A stretch of 64,000 nt of DNA, taken from positions 37,093 through 101,092 of IMG/VR virus record IMGVR_UViG_3300029288_000111, one strand, 5' to 3'. Every line of letters starts with the position of its first letter. Within the stretch, counting starts at the first letter, position 1. Made by a program: the position numbers and the translations under genes. Below the pieces are notes generated by a model. It had not been told where the DNA came from. It did not search any database and saw nothing but the letters and a program-made list of their open reading frames with translations. Below, one piece after another: positions 46,537 to 55,900 of this stretch. This stretch comes from a virus. Lineage: Duplodnaviria > Caudoviricetes.

Positions 46537-47076
46537 ATGCACCAGTACGAAGTCGGCAAGCCCTACCACCCGAACCGCCGCTCCTGGCCCGAGCGCGGCG
46601 TCTACGAGTACCGCGGCGGCCAGCACGAGCTGCTCCTCTTCTGGAGCCAACCCACCACGAAAGAGGTCGAGGACGTGAAGCGCGGCCCCGCCGAGTTCGC
46701 CCTCTACACCGAAGGGCCGCTGATCGTCTTCCTCTTCCGCTTCGGCCGAAACACCCCCTGGAGCGATTCCCCCTACACCATCCACCTGACGCTGCCCGAC
46801 GAGCGCACCCTGCCGCCGCCCGTCGCCTCCACCGAGACGCGCATCCTGCTCCACGTGGTGCTCGTGGACGCCGCCACCGGCATCATCCGCGCCCTGCGCG
46901 CCGTCACTCTCTCGCCCGAGTTCACCGCCGCCCTCCAGGACGCCATCCGCGCCCAGAGCGAACAGCCGTTCCACCCCGCTGCCTATGACGCCGCCATCGC
47001 AGGCATCTACCGCCGCTTCCCCCACAGCGACCGCCTGGCCGCCGCCGCGTCGGTGAAGTGCATCGGCGGGGAGTGA
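46537..47076 (+). CDS. conserved hypothetical protein
   Basis: GGAG RBS; W.DSPY..H, LVDA.TGII.ALR motif. Confidence 0.75.
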   Translation: MHQYEVGKPYHPNRRSWPERGVYEYRGGQHELLLFWSQPTTKEVEDVKRGPAEFALYTEGPLIVFLFRFGRNTPWSDSPYTIHLTLPDERTLPPPVASTETRILLHVVLVDAATGIIRALRAVTLSPEFTAALQDAIRAQSEQPFHPAAYDAAIAGIYRRFPHSDRLAAAASVKCIGGE

Positions 47077-47084
47077 AGATTCCG

Positions 47085-47110
47085 GGAACGCTCGCGCGCG
47101 GCCGTCGTTA
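47085..47110 (+). promoter_or_regulatory. ECF-type promoter
   Basis: Identical to the 43089 copy across the promoter and into the leader. Confidence 0.82.
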
Positions 47111-47136
47111 TCTACCGTGGAGAAAGGAGAACGACG

Positions 47137-47475
47137 ATGCCGAGCACGATCGATCTGAAGGACCGGCTGGACACGATGCTCACCGGCGAGCCGAATCCGA
47201 AAGACACCCTCGCCTTGATCAGGGAGATGCTCCCCAACATTGCTTCCAGGATTCCAGCGATGCTGGAGCACGAGGGTGGATCCAACACGGTCTCCGCGCT
47301 CTTGGCGAAGACCCTGGCGAAGACCCCGATGGCGCCCGATGTGCCCGAGGCCGAGAAGGTCGGTTGCACCAACCCGAGCGCGGTGGCCGACTACCTGATC
47401 GTCGCCGCAAGCGACGTGTTCGGCCCGCACATGCGCGCCGTGGCGCTGGCTACCGCCCGGGCCTTCCTCGTCTGA
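47137..47475 (+). CDS. hypothetical protein
   Basis: AAAGGAG RBS after promoter. Confidence 0.75.
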   Translation: MPSTIDLKDRLDTMLTGEPNPKDTLALIREMLPNIASRIPAMLEHEGGSNTVSALLAKTLAKTPMAPDVPEAEKVGCTNPSAVADYLIVAASDVFGPHMRAVALATARAFLV

Positions 47476-47531
47476 TCATCACTTCCGGGGGCGCCCCGCA
47501 CACCCCCGGCGCGTTACCTTCCCACCCATAA

Positions 47532-47565
47532 CAAAGGCCCGGTCGCTCATCCGACCGGGCCTTTG
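47532..47565. terminator. inverted repeat between convergent genes
   Basis: CAAAGGCCCGGTCG-N6-CGACCGGGCCTTTG. Confidence 0.7.
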
Positions 47566-47578
47566 GCGATCCTATGGG

Positions 47579-48724
47579 TCAATCCCACTGATGCCGATTC
47601 GCCTTCTCCTCGCGCTCCTTCTTGATCGCAGCAAGAATCTCGGGGTGCTCCGCGTCGAACTGTGCCAGTCGCTCCCTGGCTTCCTCAGCAGCCTCCACAT
47701 GCTTCGCCCGTTCGTGGTATCCCACATCCACGATGCCGCGATCGTGCGCGCGGTTCACGGCATCATCGGCATCATCCATGTGGCCTGACACCTCGGCCGC
47801 CAGCCGCTGCCGCTCCGCGCGAAGCGTATCCAACTTGCCCGATGGAGTCTGCCGCTCCGCCTCGTCGGCTACCCGGATCGCCTCGATGATCGCCTTGGCC
47901 TCTTCGCTCGTCAAACCGATGGCGGGCTTCGTGTGGCTCAGGTAGTGGGTCGTATCCCCAACCCGCTTGTTGAGTTTGGTAGGATCTCCGGTACCAACGT
48001 ACTTGCCGTCCAGATACGCTTGGGCGACGTGCTGACCCGCGTACCGGTGCAGCTTGATCTCGACGGTTCTCCCGTCCTTTCCTGTCTTCTTGATGACCGC
48101 ATTCATCGTCGTTTCCCCTTTCACTGGAGATAACGACGGGGAGGCGCCAGCGTTCCCGGAATACTTCTCTTCGGAAGAAGCCATCCCCGCTGCCTCTCGA
48201 AAGACCTTGAGGAGTTCTTGCGCCAACTCTAAACTCATGCCGTGTCCTGGATACTCCCCTGTGTCAATCCCGAGTTTGACAGTATAGGCATTATCCACGT
48301 TCCAGGCGACGCTATGACCTGCTGCGGCCGTCTTCATTTGCTCCAACAGCCTTGTTTCTTCCTGGTTCAGGCTTCTCTTCTCCCCAGCGTTCCCGGAATC
48401 TTTTCTCTCGCTGAAGAGGTCCGGTCCCTCATCCTTCGCCTTCTCCCGCTTGCCGAAGTCCGGCCGCTTCCCCTTCGCCTTCTCGGGCTTCTTGTCCTCC
48501 ACCCAATACGTCTGGGTGAAGTGCTCGGTCTTGCCGCCCCGCTTGCGGGTGACGCTCTTGCGCTCCTCGTGCAACCCCTGGCGGGGCGCGCCGTGGGGCG
48601 TGTCACTCTCGCCGAAGCGCAGCCACCGCTGCCCGCCCCGCTCCCGCCGACTGTACTTCGAGAGCGCCTTCAGCACTCGCTCGGTGAGGATGTCAAGCGC
48701 AATCGCTTTCGCCAACCTGCTCAT
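47579..48724 (-). CDS. leader-module fusion protein B; internal restart at ATG 48106
   Basis: MSRLAKAIALDILTERVLKA leader, duplicated module, different cargo; GGAGGT RBS. Confidence 0.75.
   Translation of the reverse strand: MSRLAKAIALDILTERVLKALSKYSRRERGGQRWLRFGESDTPHGAPRQGLHEERKSVTRKRGGKTEHFTQTYWVEDKKPEKAKGKRPDFGKREKAKDEGPDLFSERKDSGNAGEKRSLNQEETRLLEQMKTAAAGHSVAWNVDNAYTVKLGIDTGEYPGHGMSLELAQELLKVFREAAGMASSEEKYSGNAGASPSLSPVKGETTMNAVIKKTGKDGRTVEIKLHRYAGQHVAQAYLDGKYVGTGDPTKLNKRVGDTTHYLSHTKPAIGLTSEEAKAIIEAIRVADEAERQTPSGKLDTLRAERQRLAAEVSGHMDDADDAVNRAHDRGIVDVGYHERAKHVEAAEEARERLAQFDAEHPEILAAIKKEREEKANRHQWD
48131..48156 (-). promoter_or_regulatory. intragenic ECF-type promoter
   Basis: GGAAC gctggcgcctccccgt CGTTATC, RBS, in-frame ATG. 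Confidence 0.8.
48389..48671 (-). repeat. 283-bp direct repeat, copy B
   Basis: Aligns to 42709-42991. Confidence 0.9.
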
Positions 48725-48737
48725 GTGGACCTCCCCA

Positions 48738-49991
48738 TCACACCGCGGGCGAGCGCACCGGCACGCTCTCGACCACGAACACCCCCCGGCCACCCACGGT
48801 GGACACGACCCAGCCGGTGGATGACACCGCACGCACCCCGGTGTCCGCGCCGTTGAGCGTCACCCCCACGGTGCCGAGCGCCGCCGGGTTCCAGGGCGCC
48901 TGCGCCTGCGTCTTGGCGCCGCCGTCCTGATCGGTGTAGCTGACCGTCAGGGTCGCGGCCGCCCCGAAGGCGTTCAGCGCCCGCAGCCGCACGGCCGGCG
49001 AAGTGAACCGCGTGTACTCCGCCCCGACAATCGGCGTGACCGTCAGGGCATCGTTCGCGGTGATCACCCCGATCGCCAACGGCGGCTGCCTCACCCCGAG
49101 GTGCAGCCCGCTGCCGTTCACCGCCGCTGCCGGCACCAGCCGCGCGCACGTCGCCACCGGGGGCGTCACCAGCACGTCGGCGGTCCGCCGGATCGCGATG
49201 TAGTACAGGGGGCTCGTGTCCGCGAAGGCGTTGCCCGCGCGATCCACGTTCGTGCGCCCGATGTCCGTTGGCACCGTCCACGAGAGGATCCCGTGCGCCG
49301 ACAACCCCGTGGAGCCGTCCGTCACTGTCAGCGCCGTCCACGCCGAACCGTTCCAGTAGTAGAAGAGGGGCGTCATCGTCGCGGACGCGAGCGTCGAGAG
49401 ACCGAGTGCCAGGCGAGAGGGCTTCGCCCGCAGCCCCAGATAGAGCATGTGATCATCGGCGGCGAAGAGGTTCACGTCTCCGACATCGGCGTCGCTCAGG
49501 TCGGTCGTCACGTCCACCAGCGCCCCGTCGGCGCCTGCGTAGGCCCGATCCGCGCTCACCACCCCGTACTGCGGCGCGAAGACGTTCGCCGCCGACAGGA
49601 TACTCTCCCCCAGGTGCCTCCGAAACAGTTCCGCCGCCAACGGGTGCAGCACCGCTGAGACCCCGGTACAGTAGGCATCCAGGCTGGCATAGCCGCCGTA
49701 GGTCTTAACCTGACTCTCGATCTGGCGCGCGATGTCGGCGTAGACCGTGCGCCCCAGAAGATCGATGAGGAGGGTCTCAGCGTTCTCCCACAGCGGCGCC
49801 TTGTCAAAGGCGTTCGCGTAGTTCACCAGCGCCCCCTCGATCTCGGGGTCGCCGGTGCCGTCCACGAGCGCGTAGAGGCCGCTGCCGGTGTTCGTCAGGC
49901 CCGCTTCGATGAGGTTGTCGAAGTCCTGCTGCAGCTTCGCCGCGATCCGGTCGCTCACGTTGTGGAATGCCGTCTGCGAAAATGTGCCCAT
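48738..49991 (-). CDS. virion structural protein
   Basis: 417 aa; YYWNGSAW..L.V.DG motif; AGGAG RBS. Confidence 0.65.
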   Translation of the reverse strand: MGTFSQTAFHNVSDRIAAKLQQDFDNLIEAGLTNTGSGLYALVDGTGDPEIEGALVNYANAFDKAPLWENAETLLIDLLGRTVYADIARQIESQVKTYGGYASLDAYCTGVSAVLHPLAAELFRRHLGESILSAANVFAPQYGVVSADRAYAGADGALVDVTTDLSDADVGDVNLFAADDHMLYLGLRAKPSRLALGLSTLASATMTPLFYYWNGSAWTALTVTDGSTGLSAHGILSWTVPTDIGRTNVDRAGNAFADTSPLYYIAIRRTADVLVTPPVATCARLVPAAAVNGSGLHLGVRQPPLAIGVITANDALTVTPIVGAEYTRFTSPAVRLRALNAFGAAATLTVSYTDQDGGAKTQAQAPWNPAALGTVGVTLNGADTGVRAVSSTGWVVSTVGGRGVFVVESVPVRSPAV

Positions 49992-49999
49992 GTGCTCTC

Positions 50000-52900
50000 C
50001 TATGCCGCCCGCCGCATGTGCTGCTGCAGGAGCGCCTCTTCATCCCGCGCGATCCGGTCCGCCAGCCCCGTGTCGTCGAGCAACTCGCTCGCGCGTGTCA
50101 ACATCTCCCGCAACTCCTGCTTCCCCGCCAGGATCTCTCGCCGCCGGTGCTCGTAGGGGGTGTCCGTGGCGAGCGTGTGAACCTCCACATCGTGCTTCTG
50201 CCCCATTCGCAGCACCCGCCCGGTGCGCTGCTTCTGAGTCAGCGCCGTGTAGGGCGTGTCGTACTGGATCACCCGGCTCCCCCGCTGCAGGTTGAGACCC
50301 ACCGCGCCGGCATCCGAGGATACCAGTACGTCATACTCCGCCTCCCCGACGCCCCCGGTCGGCGCGAATCTCTCTTTCGTCTGGTTCCGCTTCCTCGCCC
50401 CGTCCGGGCCTTTGTAGGTCGCAACCCGGTGCCCCGCCGCCTTCAGCGCCCCGGCAATCGCGTCCACCGCTTCCAGTCGGTGCGCGAACACCACCAGCGG
50501 CCGCGCCCGGCTCTCCTCGGGGCTGCCGGCAAGTTCCACCACCTTCTTCAGCTTCGCCGCCTCGGGATGGGTGTTCACCACCCGGTCCAGCGCCGCTTGC
50601 GTCGTCATCCCCAGAGACATCTGCACCCGACGCGCGATCTCCTCGTGCGCCTCTTCCGGCCGCCCCCGGAAGGAGCTGGGCGAGAGCGCCCGGATCGCCT
50701 CGACATCCACCCGCCCCTGCTGCCGCGCCGCCCGTGCCCGCCGGTAGAGCTGCTCCACCCGCGCGTATGCCTCTCGCTCGGCAGGTGACGGCTCCAGCCG
50801 GTGATCCCGCTCCTCGCTCTTCACCCCCGGATCGATGCTCTCGGCGTAGTGGTACGGCGCCATCTCCAGCGCCAGCGCCCGATACGCCGCGTCCGTGCCC
50901 GTCGCATACCGCCGCAGAAACTCCTCGCGGTTCGAGTCGTTGTAGCGGTCCGGGCGGATCTTGGAGAGGAAGTCGAACGCCTCACTGTTGTGATGCCAGA
51001 TGCCCTGCGCCAGATAGTTGTGGTAGACAGGGACCGTCAGATCGTAGACCTCAGCTTCGCCGACCTTGTCAATAATATTGACTTTGTGGTATACTAAGGC
51101 AGCGCTCTCCGAAAGGTGCTCCCATGCGACATAGGATGCGTGACTACGATGCCGAGATACGGCGGATGGCAGCCGAAGGGAAACAGGTCTCCCAGATCGC
51201 CCGCGCGTTGAATATCCCAGCACGCAGCGTCCACGGCTATTGCGAACAGCAGCAGATTGAACACATACGCCAGCGCGGATGCCCCGGGAGCGTCCTTGAT
51301 CCGCATGATTCCCAGATTCGAGCAATGGCTGCCGCAGGTCTGACCCTACGCGAGATGGGAGAAGCCTTCGGAGTGACGGACGGAGCAGTGCGACGATTCT
51401 GCGTGCAACATGGCATCGAGCACTGCCACAAGCGAGGCTGGAGGCCCGGCACACATACCGGACTTGACCATCACTCATGGAAGGGCGGTCGCTATGTATC
51501 TGGTGGCTATGTCTACGTCCTCCGCCCGGAGCACCCAGAATCCGACAGCGATGGTTATGTTCGAGAACACCGGCTCGTCGCTGAGGGGATGTTAGGCCGC
51601 CCCCTTCTCCCATCGGAAGTGGTCCATCACAAGGATGGGAACAAGTCCAACAATGCGCCCGGGAACCTGAGGGTCTATCCATCGAACCGCGAGCACTTCC
51701 TTGATGCACACCCTGGCGAGCCGTGGTCTGAGGAGATTCGCGCCAAGATGATGACCGGCCAGAAACGTGGTCACAAGAAAGGTGTGCCCCACTCAGAAGA
51801 GACGCGCGCGAAGATGAGCGCCGCGAAGAAGGGCAGACCAATGTCTCCTGAAACGAAGGCGAAACTCTCTGCCGCGAAGAAGGGCACGCACCTCTCTCCA
51901 GAAGCGCGGGTTCGCGTTGCAGAAGCTGCTCGGAATCGCGTTGTCTCGGAAGAGACGCGCCAGAAGCGTGCTGCGACGTGGGCGCGCAAGCGAGCAGAGC
52001 GCCTGGGGCAATCTCCCGTAGGTGGCGCCAACCCTCCGGCGTCAGGAACCGATGATTCCCGGCAACCGTGATCTCCGCGCCATTGTCCAGAACGACCCGG
52101 TACATCGGCGCGATACATTTCACGAAGGGTACCGACGCCTGCATCAGCCGCCGCACCCCGGCTGGATCCAGCGTCCATACCCACGGCGCCATGCCCCGCG
52201 CCGTCCACTCTCTCACCGGCATAGCAATCCGGCGCACCGGATCCTCTATGATCGTGTCCGGATGGATGCACCCGTCGTTTCTGATCGGATCGGCGCTCAT
52301 CGAGATATGGTGACTCGTGCCGTCCGTCAGCGCGTCAATGGCGTTCGCCATCTGCGAGCCTTCGGCGCTCCCCCGCCGCAGCAGGTTGTGGCCTTCGTCT
52401 ACCACCGACATCCCGAAATCCCACCCCTTCGCCGCCAACGCCTCCTTCATCGCCCGCTGCCGCTGCCGCCGCGGCGCCGTCTCCAGGTAGCCAATCGCCT
52501 TCTGCCGGTTCCCCCCGAAGCGGTGCTCCGCCAGCGCGTCGATCAGGTCATCCCGGAGCGCCTGGTGCGTCACCACCACCATCCCCAGGTCGGGGTTCGC
52601 GTAGGCCGCCTGCCGCTCCTCGCGCGATGCCCCTGGCTTCGAGTGCCAGGTGATCCCCGCTTCCGGGTCCACAAATCTAATCGCCTCCCCCGAGAACTGG
52701 CCGACCACCCCGCTCGGCACGGCGTAGATCGCCCGCTTCACCTTCCCCTTGGCCCGCTGATCGGTGTAGGCCGCGATGCTCGCCAGCGTCTTGCCGGTTC
52801 CCACGGCCATGCTGTTGCCGATCCGGTGCGCCGCGTCGAACTGACGCAGAAACCGCTGCCGCTTCACCGCATCCCCGGTGGTGAAGTCGGCGTCCGCCGC

Positions 52901-55900
52901 CGGTGCCGGCCGCTCGATGTCGAGGCGGGGCATCATCCCGGCGAGTTCCGCTTCCGCCGCATCCCCGAGGGTCGTCCGGACCATCTCCTGCTGCAGCTCC
53001 TGGCTGCGCCCCTCTTCGCCCCCGAGTTTGAGCTGCTTGCTCTCCTGCGCCGCGGCGATCTCCGCCACCCCGGCCCCGAGGCTCCCTTCGGCGTAGCGCC
53101 CCTGCTTCCGCTCGCGCGCCGGGTCGGCCAGGCTCTGCTGCCTGGCCCGTTCCTTCGCCCGCTGCTCCGCGCTCTGGACGCGCTGCGCGTGCTCCTCGGC
53201 GTAGGTGAGCCGCTTCACCCCCCGCCGCAGCCGCGTGCCGGTCGCCCGCTCCAGGGCCGCCGCGAACTTCCCCGACACCTCCCCGCGCATCTTCTCCAGG
53301 ATGCTCTGGTAGGCCCGGCGCTCTCCTTCCGGCCCCATCGTGAACCCCGAGAGGTAATCCGTCCAGGTCAGGCCGGTCGCTCGCTCCGAGTCGGCGGTGA
53401 CCACCTTGCCCGGGTCGAACTCCCCCGAGACATCCCCGTGCTTCGCCAGCACATCGCCGAAGAGGTTCTGATAGGCCCAGCCCCGCAGCCGCTCCTCGAT
53501 CCGCGCCCGTGCTTCCCGCGCCAGCGCGTCCACGCCCCGGGTTTCTGTCGGGTACAGTTCCGGCGTCAGGGTGCTTCCCGGTTCCCGCGCCATCTCTTCC
53601 AGGCGCGCCGCTTCGGCTCCCAGCCGCGCCGCTTCCTCTCCCTGCGCCCCGGCCGCCTGCCGCCGCAGCCGCGCCGCCTCGAAGGAGACCGCCTCCCGCG
53701 CCACCGGCTGGTATCCCAGTTCCCCGGCGTGCTCCCGCGCCGCCCGCAACACCGCCGCGTCGTCGCTCAGGTCCATCGTGGCGAAGGAGTGCCCCGCCGG
53801 CTTCTCCTCCCCCAGGTCCATCCCGAACATGCCGCCGGAATCGGCCGGCGTCGCCTTCTCGTCGCTCTCGCGCCACTGCTTCTGGATCGCCGCGTAGGCT
53901 TCCCGGCCTTTCCCGAGTCTGGACTCCCACTGCTCCCAAATCGCCCGTTTCGCCCCGGCGTTCTCCCCGGTGAGACCCAGCGGCTCCTGCCCCGCCTCTC
54001 CCACCCGGAAGACGTTCCGGCGTGCCCAGTCGCGCACCGCCTGCCGCCCCTCGCGCCCCAGGTCGCCCACGTCGCCGAAGGCATACTGGAGCGCTGGCTC
54101 GCGCGTCACGATCTGATACGCCAGGTCCCTCGCCTCCTGGCTCCGGGGGATGCTTTGCGCCCCCAGCGGCCCCCCGCCACTCTCCTTCAGCCAGTCGGCA
54201 TGGTAGCCCCGGAAGCGGCGTGCCGTCTCCCGCATGTACTCCTTGGCCGCCTTGCCCCCTTCGGTGCCCCTGGCGGAGTCGGTGTGCAGTGGTGCCACCT
54301 CGGAAAGCGCATCCTCGAACTCGGCGTTCTGGTGCGGCTGCACGCCCGCCTCTGCGCGCACTTGCGGGCTCCACAGCGCGCTCACGATCTGCTCAGGAGA
54401 GTAGCCCACCTCCAGGCGCCGCGCGACGTTCTCCTTCAGGCGCGCGGCCAATTCCTCCTTGCCGTCGAAGGCATCCACCGCCAGCCGGATCTCCTCGGGC
54501 TTCACCCGCTCCGGGTCATACTCGAACGACGGCGGTGCCGGCCGCCGACTGATCCCCTCGGGCAGCCACCCCGGCTCGTCCTGCGTGCCCCGCTGGATGT
54601 CGAGGACCTGCCGCCGCAGCGCCGCTTCCCGCGGGTCCACGTGCAGCCGCGCCGCCAGCTTGTCCATCCCCCTCGCGGTGATCTCCAGGAACTTGTTCGC
54701 CCCGTTGGTGTGGAGGACGTAATCCCCCTCCTGCGCTTCCCGGTAGCCGGTGGGCGAGAACGGGTCCGGCGCCATCACCGACGGCTCGTCGAGGCCCACG
54801 GCGCGCGCCTTCACGATCGCATCCTCGTAAGAGGTCGCCCCGAGGCTGATCTGCAGCCGGTCGCGCGGACTCCCCATCAGCGCCTCGTTCAGCGCCGCCG
54901 CCGCTTCCAGGCGCCCCAGCGCCGTCCCTGCCAGCCGCCGGGCGTCCCTGACCAGCTCCTCGCGCTCGCTGTTCTGGTGCAGCGCCGCGATCAGGCTGAT
55001 CTCGTCGCTCAGAGGGATCAGGTCCGTGTTCTCCGCCGCGTTCATCCGCTCGTGCGCGGCTTCCACGGCCTCCTCGGCCGCCTTCACCTGCCCGGCGATG
55101 TGCGTCTCCCGCAGCGCCCGCGTCGTCGCCTCCAGGCGCACCGGGTCGAGCTGCTGTGCCATCGCCCGCGCCATGACGTTCGCCGTCGCCCACTCGCCCA
55201 GGATGTCCGCGGTCAGCGGGTCCACCCCCGCCCCGCCGAGTGCCACCTGCGCCACCTCGCCGAAGAGGGCGTTGTGCCCGGCCAACCGGTGTTCGCGGAT
55301 CGGCGCCGTCGCCTCCAGGGAGTGAACCGTCTCTACGAGCCCCCGCATCGCCCGCTGCCGCCCCTCTTCGTGCAGGTCCTGCGCCACCTTCCGCAGCGCC
55401 TCCTCGTCGGTTAGGGGTGAGACGCGCAGCACCGCCACCGTCGGCAGCGACCCCACATCCTCGATGCTCTCCATCTCCTTTTCGAGGGTGCGGCTCTCCC
55501 GCTCCAGCGCTTCCAGCTTCTTCGCCGCCTGCGCCAGCGAGATCGCCTGCCCGATATCCATGTTCGCCGCGTCCGTGGGCAGGCCCTCCGCCTTCTCCCG
55601 GATGCCAGCGGCTTCCGCCAGCGCCTTCCGGTCCGCGCGCGATTGCGCCGCCGCCTCCCGCATCGCCGCCAGCGAGGCCAGCGCCGCTTCCGGCTCCTCG
55701 CCCTTCTCCGCCGCTCTCCGCCGCTGGATCTCTTCCTTCTCCCCGGCCAGCAGCTCGGGCGTCACCCCCCGCTCGCGCGCCTTCTCGTCGAGCGCCGCCA
55801 GGTAGCCCTTCCCGGTGTCTCCCATTGTGGAATGGACGAGATCCCCGAGGCCCACGTCCCCCAACTCCCGCCCGGCCAGCTCCTCGTGCGCGTTCAGGAT

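Larger units (their letters stand above)
50987..52270 (-). mobile_element. intein (428 aa) inserted just after helicase motif III
   Basis: N-terminal C-IHPDT; block B VAGNHRFLT; block F/G VYDLTV..HNYLAQGIWHHN followed by Ser. Confidence 0.92.

Noticed and set aside
48368-48393. Fourteenth promoter copy
   Set aside because: -35 present but -10 degenerate (GCCTG); treated as a relic
52022-55414. 1130-aa plus-strand ORF and similar long antisense ORFs (17717-19483, 33877-35553, 37495-40110)
   Set aside because: Shadow frames of high-GC genes with no motifs or RBS, unlike the antisense HNH gene
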